Positions 54,381 to 62,883 of a stretch of 64,000 nucleotides of DNA are shown here, in pieces. The translations under genes were made by a program, and so were the position numbers. The stretch spans positions 20,315-84,314 of the forward strand of contig JAENYD010000009.1 of NCBI GenBank assembly GCA_016842005.1, given 5' to 3'. Below the pieces are notes generated by a model that made no database searches, had not been told where the DNA came from, and saw nothing but the letters and a program-made list of their open reading frames with translations. Source of the DNA: Clostridium thermobutyricum (GTDB taxonomy: Bacteria; Bacillota; Clostridia; Ch29). The number at the start of each line of letters is the position of its first letter. The stretch's first letter is position 1.

Positions 54381-55025
54381 TCACTGACTGTACCTTTTCC
54401 AGTCCTCCATAAATTTTTCTATGCCCCTGTCGGTCATGGGGTGGCTTATCATGGTTTCCAGCACCTTGAAGGGCACGGTGGCGATATGGGCCCCTGCCAG
54501 AGCGGCACCGGTCACATGGTCCGCGTGTCTTATGCTGGCCGCAATGACCCGGGTATCAATCCGGTGTATGTTGAATATATCCACAATCTGCCTGACAACC
54601 TGCATCCCGCTGTTCCCTATATCATCCATGCGTCCCACGAAGGGGCTCACAAAAGCCGCCCCCGCCCTGGCCATCAGAAGGGCCTGGTTGGCGGAAAAAA
54701 TCAGTGTGGCATTAACCCTGATGCCCTTCTTTGCAAGACCGTGGGTCGCCTTCAGTCCTTCCCGGGTTACCGGCACCTTGATAACTATATTGGGGCTTAT
54801 GGAGGCCAGTTCTTCCCCTTCCTTTATCATCCCTTCGGCCGACGGTTCCACCACCTCTGCACTTATGGGTCCGTCTATCACTGATGCTATCTCATGAAGC
54901 CTCTCTCTGAAGTCTGCTCCCTCCCGGGCCACAAGGGACGGATTGGTGGTGACGCCGCTTATAATACCCATGGCGTTTGCCTGAATGATTTCGTCCATGT
55001 TGGCAGTGTCGATAAAGAGCTTCAT
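54381..55025 (-). CDS. fsa: Transaldolase / fructose-6-phosphate aldolase
   Basis: [19 protein letters not shown] (Schiff-base Lys), [18 protein letters not shown]. Confidence 0.93.
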   Translation of the reverse strand: MKLFIDTANMDEIIQANAMGIISGVTTNPSLVAREGADFRERLHEIASVIDGPISAEVVEPSAEGMIKEGEELASISPNIVIKVPVTREGLKATHGLAKKGIRVNATLIFSANQALLMARAGAAFVSPFVGRMDDIGNSGMQVVRQIVDIFNIHRIDTRVIAASIRHADHVTGAALAGAHIATVPFKVLETMISHPMTDRGIEKFMEDWKRYSQ

Positions 55026-55043
55026 GCCACTCCTCCTTAAAGG

Positions 55044-55556
55044 CTATTTGCTTCTCTTTGGTTTCTCCAGTATGCCTTTCATATTATTCTTCCCGAATTC
55101 CTCATCATAATTAATCCTGTCAATGCTGTCCATGAACTGGCTGAAATTTTCGGTCCAGAAATCCTCTTCATCCGCCGTCTCTTCCAGCCCGAGTTCTTCA
55201 ATCAGTTTATCCAGTTCTTCTTCATACCTGTTCAATGTCTCCACCACGTGTTTTCCACTGCCCAGGAAACATATTTCAAGACCGGTATGTTGACAGCACA
55301 GGATATGCACTTCCTGTTTCCACAGGTCTTTATACCCTAATCTATAAATATGCTTGTTATCGCAAGCTATACATGCAATTTTCAAACTGTAACTGCCGGA
55401 TTTTTCCCTTGCCAGCGTAAAAAGCTCTTCTCCGCATTCGCAATCCACTTCCACCCTGCTCCCCCCGGTAAGCTGGAACGGATTTACATCGGTCAACTGG
55501 ATATTTCCGCACCAGGGACATCTTGCCGCTATTACCGCACGCATATCAACTATCAA
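55044..55556 (-). CDS. Cys-rich hypothetical protein (probable Zn-binding)
   Basis: CPWC, CECG, CIAC..H, CCQHTG..CF; acidic C-terminus; RBS GAGGAGGTG. Confidence 0.7.
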   Translation of the reverse strand: MIVDMRAVIAARCPWCGNIQLTDVNPFQLTGGSRVEVDCECGEELFTLAREKSGSYSLKIACIACDNKHIYRLGYKDLWKQEVHILCCQHTGLEICFLGSGKHVVETLNRYEEELDKLIEELGLEETADEEDFWTENFSQFMDSIDRINYDEEFGKNNMKGILEKPKRSK

Positions 55557-55853
55557 CTGTCACACCTCCTCGTATACTAATACTAATTCTCCACCGGGTA
55601 TACAATTCCTGCCGCAGTCAGGTAATATTTTTTATGCAGTCCGGGCAGCGGGCACGGGAACGGTTCCGGTATCCGCAATGTCAGAATACGTTCGCCTGAC
55701 AGTCCCGGCAACCCGGCAGCCAGCCACATCTGTTTCGCAGTTGTCAAAAGAAGGGGTTTGCCGGTATTCAGGTGCAAGGTATGCCGCTGCTCTGTACTCC
55801 ACCTGTAAAGTATTATATAATTTATATTAATCATGCATACAGGAGGTCTCGAT

Positions 55854-56201
55854 ATGATAGTATCCCATCTGAAGGATGTAAAAGGCGTCAGGATTGAAAA
55901 TCCCAATATCAAAGGGGTTGTAAAAAGAGTACTGGTTTCCCCGAAGGAAGGATGGGAAGGCTACGTGATGCGGGTATTCGAACTGGAGGAAGGGGGATAC
56001 TCGCCCAGGCACAGCCACCCATGGCCCCATATTACTTATATCCTTAAAGGGGAAGGCATCCTGCATCTCGACGGGAAGGATTACGAAGTGGAAGAAGGAT
56101 CCTTTGCATTTGTACCCCCGGACAGGGTGCATACATTCTCCAACAGGGGCAGCGGTAAATTTCTGTTCATATGCATAGTTCCTGAAGAAGGAGACGTGTA
56201 G
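55854..56201 (+). CDS. Cupin domain protein
   Basis: ATG 55854 with RBS AGGAGG; HSHPWPH..YILKGEG and VPPDRVH cupin motifs. Confidence 0.88.
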   Translation: MIVSHLKDVKGVRIENPNIKGVVKRVLVSPKEGWEGYVMRVFELEEGGYSPRHSHPWPHITYILKGEGILHLDGKDYEVEEGSFAFVPPDRVHTFSNRGSGKFLFICIVPEEGDV

Positions 56202-56208
56202 GACGCGC

Positions 56209-56249
56209 AAAGCAGCCCTGTATCCGATGGACGGATACAGGGCTGCTTT
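56209..56249. terminator. Bidirectional terminator between cupin and SLH genes
   Basis: 18-bp arms AAAGCAGCCCTGTATCCG-ATGGA-CGGATACAGGGCTGCTTT. Confidence 0.8.
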
Positions 56250-56271
56250 ATCCGGAACCCGTATTCAAATC

Positions 56272-58137
56272 TTACCTGTTGGTAATAATTATGCTGTCGG
56301 CTATGAACACGCCCAGCTCCGAATGGCCTATGACAATGAGCCTGTCTCCCTCGTCTATGTGTCTAAGATACTTTTTGTCTCCGTCACTGTCCATGATCCT
56401 GGTATCGTCATTGGTATTGATCTGCTTCAATATATAGGTATTTGTGGATGTATCCAGCACCTTCAGGGTTACGACATTAACATCGGTGTTAACGTATTCC
56501 ACAGTACCGATTATCTCATTCTTGGCGACCACCGAATTTGCTTCTATGCTCACTATTTCATCGCTCTCTATCTCTACGTCCACTTCGTAGTCCAGCCGCA
56601 GGTCGTATATGCCTGCTGTCTTGCCGTCTATCTCAACAGACACATCCAGGGCTATTGTATAGGTCTCGGTTTCTCCGTCTTCATTCTCTATGGTTAACTG
56701 ATGGGGTCTGGCAATCAACAGTGAATAAATGGTTCCTTCTATCTCCTTGTCAACGCTTTCCGCTTCTATACGTGTTACCACGCCATACTCGGTTGTTATC
56801 TCCACTTCGTCCCCTTTCCTGAGGTCCTCCAGTCCCCTGTCCTTGCCGTCCCGTTCCACCTCCACATCTTCATCCACAGTATACTCTGTCTCCTGGCTGC
56901 CTGTCTTCAGTATCAGTATCAGCCTGTTTTCAGTCCTGAAGCCCTGGAATATTCCAGCGACAGTCTTGGTCTTGCTTTCAGCCTCGATTTGCACCGCATA
57001 ATTGTTCCGGATGGATGCAGTGACCCTGTCTCCAGATTTGAGGTATTCGAAGAAAACGGTGTTTCCATCCAGGGTAATAACCGCGCTGTCTTTCACCCTG
57101 TAGGTATGTTTGTCTCCCTCTTCATCCTCAATTGTTATAAGGCTGTCGGGGGTCATATCAAGGGCGCTGATTATAATCCCCTCTATTTCCTCTTCAGTGC
57201 TGAAAACTTCAATGGAAACTATCTTACCGTCTCTGATGCCCAGAACCGCCTGCTGCCCGTCCGAAACACCGCTGAGTGAGGCTGTAGCATCGTCCAGTTT
57301 GACAGTGGCATCCGGGGCTACTTCATATATGTCCAGACTTCCATCCTGAAGGGAAAACTTTATGCTTGTCCTGCTGGTTCCCCTGATTACCTCTTCTATG
57401 ACGCCCTCCACTTCGGTTACGCCCGCTGCGGGTAGTTCTCCTATCACATCCAGTGATGTGGCCAGCATCTTGGCTATGCCCGCCCGGGTGATCTCATTAT
57501 TGGGGTTGAACTTCCCTTCGGTATCGCCGCTTATAATCTCCCTGTCAACAAGGACCTTGATATAACCCCTGGACCAGGGGGATATCAGTTCGTTATCCTT
57601 GAAGTTGAGGATAATAGTCCCCAGGGCCTCTGCCTCCTGTTCCAGCCCCAGGGCCCTGGCGAAATACACTGCCACCTGATACCTTTTAGCATTGGTCGCT
57701 GTCCCGTCACTCTTTACAAAGGTAGCCAGTTCCTCCTCCTGGATTATACCCTTTTCCAGGGCATACGCTATATATTTCTTTGCCCATACGGGAATCCTGC
57801 TGCCGTCCATTGCAGTACCGTATTTTTCTATGTATGTGTTAATGTTCAGGTCACTGTCATTGTCTATCCCTGTCATTTTCGCAAGGGATACTATAACTTC
57901 CATATTCGTTACGGGGTTGTCCGGTTTAAAGGTGGCATCCTGGTAACCGCTGATGAGCCCTGCCTGATATGCCTTCAATACGTATTCGTCGTACCACTTT
58001 CCGTCTCCCACATCGGTAAACACCCTGGTCGCATGGGCGGACGCCGGTAAACCTGCGGCAATCATAATTACAATCAATAATGCAGACAGTATATAAATAA
58101 TCCTGTTCCTTGACAAACTTTTCATCCTCCCCACCAA
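56272..58137 (-). CDS. SLH-domain surface protein with C-terminal tandem acidic beta repeats
   Basis: Signal peptide; SLH motifs FTDV..W, GYQDATFKPD, FNPNNEITRA; about five ~70-aa repeats (EG.I..DG..L.DL..GD.V). Start could also be 58125. Confidence 0.85.
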   Translation of the reverse strand: MVGRMKSLSRNRIIYILSALLIVIMIAAGLPASAHATRVFTDVGDGKWYDEYVLKAYQAGLISGYQDATFKPDNPVTNMEVIVSLAKMTGIDNDSDLNINTYIEKYGTAMDGSRIPVWAKKYIAYALEKGIIQEEELATFVKSDGTATNAKRYQVAVYFARALGLEQEAEALGTIILNFKDNELISPWSRGYIKVLVDREIISGDTEGKFNPNNEITRAGIAKMLATSLDVIGELPAAGVTEVEGVIEEVIRGTSRTSIKFSLQDGSLDIYEVAPDATVKLDDATASLSGVSDGQQAVLGIRDGKIVSIEVFSTEEEIEGIIISALDMTPDSLITIEDEEGDKHTYRVKDSAVITLDGNTVFFEYLKSGDRVTASIRNNYAVQIEAESKTKTVAGIFQGFRTENRLILILKTGSQETEYTVDEDVEVERDGKDRGLEDLRKGDEVEITTEYGVVTRIEAESVDKEIEGTIYSLLIARPHQLTIENEDGETETYTIALDVSVEIDGKTAGIYDLRLDYEVDVEIESDEIVSIEANSVVAKNEIIGTVEYVNTDVNVVTLKVLDTSTNTYILKQINTNDDTRIMDSDGDKKYLRHIDEGDRLIVIGHSELGVFIADSIIITNR

Positions 58138-58166
58138 TAATTTCTTTCACAGGCACATATTCATAT

Positions 58167-58213
58167 ATTCTTTATATAGCGGATAATTCCTCCTGAAAAT
58201 GTATATTTCCTCC
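58167..58213 (-). promoter_or_regulatory. Two overlapping SigH-like promoters upstream of the SLH gene
   Basis: On - strand GGAGGAAAT-12 nt-GAGGAAT and GGAGGAATT-11 nt-AAAGAAT, both fitting RNAGGAWWW-N11/12-RNNGAAT. Confidence 0.55.
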
Positions 58214-58306
58214 TGTGATTTTCTGTTTTCGTGCTGCATCTTATGGGACAAATTTTCTCCTTTTTGTGGTAAAATATATAAGAGATTAAATACCGGGGGT
58301 GAGCCT

Positions 58307-58753
58307 GTGGAAGACAGCAGAATACTCAGCCTTATATTGGATAAAATAACAAATATAGAAAAAAACCAGCAAAAACTGGAACAGGATATGGCTGAGATGA
58401 AGGCCGAAGTAACCAGCCTCAAGACAGAAATGGCCGGCATGAAGACCGAAATAGCCGAAATGAAAGCCGAAATGACCTGCATGAAGACCGAGATTGCCGA
58501 CATGAAGGCAGAAATGGCCGGCATGAAGACCGAGATTGCCGACATGAAGACCGAAATGGCCGATATGAAGACCGAAATAACCGGCATAAAAACCGAGATT
58601 GCCAGTATGAAGACAGAAATGTCCGACATGAAGAAAACTGTCGATTTCATCAGTGCAAATCAAAAAACCGTTATGTATTATATAGTGCATATAGACAAGG
58701 CATTCAACGAGCAGTCCAAGAGGATTGAAGAGCTGGAGCAGAAAATATGCTAA
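58307..58753 (+). CDS. Heptad-repeat coiled-coil hypothetical protein (148 aa)
   Basis: GTG 58307 with RBS GGGGGTG; core of (M/I)AxMKTE heptads; own terminator downstream. Confidence 0.75.
   Translation: MEDSRILSLILDKITNIEKNQQKLEQDMAEMKAEVTSLKTEMAGMKTEIAEMKAEMTCMKTEIADMKAEMAGMKTEIADMKTEMADMKTEITGIKTEIASMKTEMSDMKKTVDFISANQKTVMYYIVHIDKAFNEQSKRIEELEQKIC
58388..58639 (+). repeat. 21-bp coding tandem repeat, 12 units (VNTR-like)
   Basis: Units such as ATGGCCGGCATGAAGACCGAA and ATTGCCGACATGAAGACCGAA, contiguous and in frame. Confidence 0.9.
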
Positions 58754-58780
58754 AAACCCCGCCTCTAAGGCGGGATTTTT
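58752..58780. terminator. Bidirectional terminator
   Basis: AAAAACCCCGCCT-CTA-AGGCGGGATTTTT between convergent genes. Confidence 0.75.
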
Positions 58781-58788
58781 AATGAGAA

Positions 58789-60828
58789 TTAACCGTCTAT
58801 TTTCACAACCTTGCATCCATCGAATTCAAGCCGGACCTCCATCCCCTGGTCAATATCCTCCAGGTCCGCTTCTTCCCCGTCCAGCTCCACTTCAACGTCT
58901 TCATCCAGGTCATAGGTCTCGGTGTCACCGTACAGCTCCAGCTTTATTTCCATGTCATCCTCATCCACCCGGACCACTTCTCCTGCTACACTGTCCAGTT
59001 CCGCATATACTGTCTCGACAACCGTTCTGTTTATTATCCTGACCTCCACTTCCATGCCCAGCTTCAGGTCGTCGAAATCCGCAGCATCATCATCCACATA
59101 TATATCCGCATCTTCCAGGCAGTAGTCTTCTTCGTCCCCGTCATCCTCTACAGTGATTTCCTCGTCGTCTCCGTCTATGGCTGTGATGACCCCGTCAGCC
59201 CCGCTTACAGTGTTCTCCGCCCTTATCCTGAGCGCCAGGCCGGCCCTGTACCGGACTTCCACCTCCATGTTCACCGCCAGGTCATCAAAACCGGCATCTT
59301 CACCGTCAATCTCTATATCCGTATCCTGGTCCACCGCCAGTGTCTTATAAGCGCTGCCGTATTTCACAGTAATTTCGTCTTCATCTATATCGTAAATCCT
59401 GCCTTCCACTTCCCTGATGTCCTCTGTCTCCGCATCAATCTCCAGGGCCAGGGTGCCTTCCACCGCCATCTCCACTGCCATACCGCTTTCCAGGTCGGCC
59501 AGCGCAGCATCTTCCCCGTCCAGGGTAATCTCCGTATCATCGTCAACATTGTAGGTTTTTACCTGACCACTGTCCAGTTTTATGGTTATTCCTTTCACAC
59601 TGCCCAGGGTTATGGCATATACGGTGCCTTCCACTTCCGCAGTCTCTTCCTCTTCGTCTTCCCTGTCTCCTTCAGCTTTTATCGACATGACCCTGTTATA
59701 GTTATCCACCTTCAGCCTTACTTCATCTCCCACCCGGATATCTTCCAGATCCGCTTCTTCTCCGTTCACCTCAATATCCGCGGTGGATTTGACCGTAAAA
59801 ATGAATATGGCAGTACCCGATTTAACCGTTATTTCCCTGTCATCCACATCCAGGGCCTTGACCTCTCCCCGGAAATCCTCAATCAGCTTGTCGGTTTCCC
59901 TGTCCTTCAGTTCTATGAATACGACCCTGCCTTCATCATTCAGCAGTATCTCTACCATGTCTCCTTCTTTCAGCCTGCCGAAGTCGTAATACTTACCGTC
60001 ATAGTAGACCTGGATCCCTTCAACGGTCCTGTACTCAATCCCGTCACCGTCCACATCCAGGACCAGCTCGTTATTGCCCGTATTTATGTCAACTACCCTG
60101 CCTTCAACATCCCTCTCGTCCGCATCGCTGTCCACCTTGCCGTCAATCCTGTCAATCAGGACAGCCATTTCAGCCCTGGTCACCGCCCTGTTGGGATTGA
60201 ACGTCCCGTCGGCATTGCCCACCATCAGGCCCAGGTCGCTTATCACGTACACATACCCCACCGCTCCCACAGGTATTGCCGGATAGTCCTTGAACTCCAG
60301 CTCTTCATCCATGTGGGCCTCGGCTTCGTCCTCGTACCCCAGGGCCCTTACCATGTATTTGGCCACTTCCCACCGTTTGGCAGGCTCGTTGGGATTGAAG
60401 TACATCAGATCCACTTCATCCAGTATCCCTTTTTCAGCCGCAACTTTAACATAACCCCATGCCCACTGGTCTACTTTTTTTCCCTTATAGCCGGAGGGCA
60501 GATTACTGGTCCTCAGGGCCTTTTCTTCCCAGCCCATCACCCTCAGGGCCATAATTACCGCTTCCAGTTTTGTAACCGAACGCATGGGCCTGAAAGTTTT
60601 GTCCCCGTATCCTTTGATGAGTCCCTTCACCGACATCTTTTCCATGGCATGTTTGGCCCACGGGACCTCGTCAAGGTCTTTCAGACCGCTGAATACCGCC
60701 AGGGTTATCTGTTTCTGCAGTCCCGGAGGCAGACCTCCCCCCGTCTTCCATTTGGGAGCTGCATATCCCGTAACAGAGACCCCAAAGATCATAACAACGA
60801 TCAGTGATACCGCCAGTAGCCTTTTCAT
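58789..60828 (-). CDS. SLH-domain surface protein with tandem very acidic beta repeats
   Basis: Signal peptide, GLPPGLQK segment, SLH motifs (GYGDKTFRP, FNPNRAVTRAE), about six repeats (G.V..ID..EI.V..DI.VDG..A...DL..GMEV). Confidence 0.85.
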   Translation of the reverse strand: MKRLLAVSLIVVMIFGVSVTGYAAPKWKTGGGLPPGLQKQITLAVFSGLKDLDEVPWAKHAMEKMSVKGLIKGYGDKTFRPMRSVTKLEAVIMALRVMGWEEKALRTSNLPSGYKGKKVDQWAWGYVKVAAEKGILDEVDLMYFNPNEPAKRWEVAKYMVRALGYEDEAEAHMDEELEFKDYPAIPVGAVGYVYVISDLGLMVGNADGTFNPNRAVTRAEMAVLIDRIDGKVDSDADERDVEGRVVDINTGNNELVLDVDGDGIEYRTVEGIQVYYDGKYYDFGRLKEGDMVEILLNDEGRVVFIELKDRETDKLIEDFRGEVKALDVDDREITVKSGTAIFIFTVKSTADIEVNGEEADLEDIRVGDEVRLKVDNYNRVMSIKAEGDREDEEEETAEVEGTVYAITLGSVKGITIKLDSGQVKTYNVDDDTEITLDGEDAALADLESGMAVEMAVEGTLALEIDAETEDIREVEGRIYDIDEDEITVKYGSAYKTLAVDQDTDIEIDGEDAGFDDLAVNMEVEVRYRAGLALRIRAENTVSGADGVITAIDGDDEEITVEDDGDEEDYCLEDADIYVDDDAADFDDLKLGMEVEVRIINRTVVETVYAELDSVAGEVVRVDEDDMEIKLELYGDTETYDLDEDVEVELDGEEADLEDIDQGMEVRLEFDGCKVVKIDG

Positions 60829-60917
60829 ATGCTGTTCCTCCTTTCACAATTATTAGTATGTATGTCTTTGTCTGTTATATGTATACGTAAAAAACAACGA
60901 CAATCTGGGGGTAAGAC

Positions 60918-60960
60918 AGAAAAAAAAGAAAACCCCTTTTTATAAGGTTTTCTTTTTTCT
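60918..60960 (-). terminator. Terminator after the TetR gene
   Basis: AAAAAAGAAAACC..GGTTTTCTTTTTT inverted repeat with long A/T tracts. Confidence 0.6.
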
Positions 60961-60961
60961 G

Positions 60962-61582
60962 TCATTGGAGTGCATCCTCGATAAAACCAGAAGAACCGTC
61001 CCTTTTGTTTTCTCTGTTTTTTATCCCGTGCAGATAGTAGTCCACCATTTTATCAAGGGCCTTTACGTCCATCTCTTTATCCAGATGCATCATTATCCCG
61101 ACTTCTTTTAAGATACCCATGAACAGCATCCCGGCCAGATAGGGGTCAACTTCTCTGAATACTCCTTTTTCCATGCCTTCCTCAATGATTTGAACTATAA
61201 AATTCAGGACTCTTCCCCTGAACAGCATAAACTTATCGAATATATCACCGTGGGTTTCCCAGGTACTGCGTATTATCAACCGTGCCATGTCCCTGTAATT
61301 CTCCACAAAGGCATAATGGAGAAATACAAAACTCCTCAGCTTCTCCCCGGCATCTTCTATGTTTTCCAGTTTTTCCGCCGTATGGGCCAGAAACATCTCC
61401 AGACCGCCGGATATCATTTCATCAAAGAGCTGTTTCTTGCTGCTGAAATATTCGTATATGGTGCTTTTGCCAATACCCGCTTCCAGGGCGATATCCTCCA
61501 TCCTGGCCCTGTGGAACCCCATATTTCCGAAAACCCTGGCCGCCGCCTCCAGTATTTCATCTCTTCTCCCTTTTTCTCTCAA
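60962..61582 (-). CDS. TetR/AcrR family transcriptional regulator
   Basis: ILEAAARVF..GF..MEDIALEAGIGKSTIYEYFSSKKQL HTH; GMEKGVFR. Confidence 0.93.
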   Translation of the reverse strand: MREKGRRDEILEAAARVFGNMGFHRARMEDIALEAGIGKSTIYEYFSSKKQLFDEMISGGLEMFLAHTAEKLENIEDAGEKLRSFVFLHYAFVENYRDMARLIIRSTWETHGDIFDKFMLFRGRVLNFIVQIIEEGMEKGVFREVDPYLAGMLFMGILKEVGIMMHLDKEMDVKALDKMVDYYLHGIKNRENKRDGSSGFIEDALQ

Positions 61583-61598
61583 GGTTGTCCTCCCCTGT

Positions 61599-62837
61599 TT
61601 ACATTCCTGAAGACCCGGAACCCTGGCCGGACTGCCCGCCGGCAGACATACCGCTCATACCGGAGGAACCGGCGGGCGAAATGCCTATGCCGTAGGATGC
61701 CTCAAACTGTTTTCTCGCCAGGTTGTAGGCATGGACAGACTGCAGCCGCTGCAGCTTCACCTCGTTCAGGGCATTGAGGGCATTCACCACATCATGGCTG
61801 GTAGCCATACCCACGTCGTATCTCAGCTGGGCCAGGTGGTAGGCCTGCTCAAGCCTCTCCACATTCTTATCCAGGACCCCTATGCTGTCATAGGCGCTCA
61901 TCATGTCCATATAGGCCTTTCTCACCGAAAGCTCTATGTCCTGTTCGGTGCTCACAAGGGAATAATAGCTGCTGTCCATCTGGTATTGGGCTTCTTTATA
62001 CGCATAAGTGGTAGATGTATAGAAGCCGCCTGTAAGGTCCAGATTCCTTTTGTCCATTTCATACTGTTCCCTGGCCGCAATAATCTCGTACCTGTTTTCC
62101 AAGGCCTGGGCCACCCTTTCCTCCAGGTCCTCTTCCGGCGGCTGGTCATATGTCAGCTCATCGGTTAATACCACTTCGGTCTTCAAAGGGAGCCCCAGGG
62201 TCTTGTTAAAGGTCATGGCCTTGTATTCGGCCTCCCTCACCGCCGTATTGTAGCTGAGCCTTGCAGATTCCAGGCTGGCTTCGGCGGATAATACATCCAC
62301 CTCGGATACCATCCCCAGCTCGAATTTTTTATCCACAATGTCCATATCCCTGCCGGCGGCATCCAGCACGCTTTTTTGAATTTCTACCTTGTCCCTGGCA
62401 AACAGGAGGTCAAAGTAAGCACTTTCCACAGAAAATTTAACAATCTCGGCAGTCTGCTCTTCTCCTTTTCTTGCAAGGGTTACACCCATCTCCGCCAGGT
62501 CTTTGTAATAACCTTCTTTCAGCTTATAGGCCTCAAACCTGTCCGAAAGAGACACGGTTCCGCTCTCTGCGCTTGCCAGAATATCATAATAACTTTTCCC
62601 GTCTTTATAGGCGTCATTCGCTTCCTTATAGGCGACTTCTGCCGTGTCCACCGCCACTGCGCTCAGCTTGACAAGACTGCTGTTTTCCAGGGCATAATCC
62701 ACTGCTTCCTGCAGGGAAAACTCCTTTGAACCGGCTGCCTGCTCCGCCGCCGCTTCAGGCTGTCCCACCGCCGCCGTTCCAGCCAGCACGCAAACCGTCA
62801 GTATGCCTGCAACCGCCAGTACCATTTTCCTTTTCAT
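61599..62837 (-). CDS. TolC-like (outer membrane efflux family) protein
   Basis: ATG 62837 with RBS GAGGAGG; signal peptide; LQEAVDYALENS, V..AYFDL, KFELGMVSEVDV and RYDVGMAT twofold repeat; downstream of an RND permease. Confidence 0.8.
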   Translation of the reverse strand: MKRKMVLAVAGILTVCVLAGTAAVGQPEAAAEQAAGSKEFSLQEAVDYALENSSLVKLSAVAVDTAEVAYKEANDAYKDGKSYYDILASAESGTVSLSDRFEAYKLKEGYYKDLAEMGVTLARKGEEQTAEIVKFSVESAYFDLLFARDKVEIQKSVLDAAGRDMDIVDKKFELGMVSEVDVLSAEASLESARLSYNTAVREAEYKAMTFNKTLGLPLKTEVVLTDELTYDQPPEEDLEERVAQALENRYEIIAAREQYEMDKRNLDLTGGFYTSTTYAYKEAQYQMDSSYYSLVSTEQDIELSVRKAYMDMMSAYDSIGVLDKNVERLEQAYHLAQLRYDVGMATSHDVVNALNALNEVKLQRLQSVHAYNLARKQFEASYGIGISPAGSSGMSGMSAGGQSGQGSGSSGM

Positions 62838-62883
62838 CCCGGCAACCTCCTCAAAAATGTTAATTTGCCTCATTTGCGTCCAC

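Noticed and set aside
58388-58639. 21-bp repeats as a CRISPR array
   Set aside because: Units are contiguous, degenerate and in frame with no unique spacers; no cas genes in the window.
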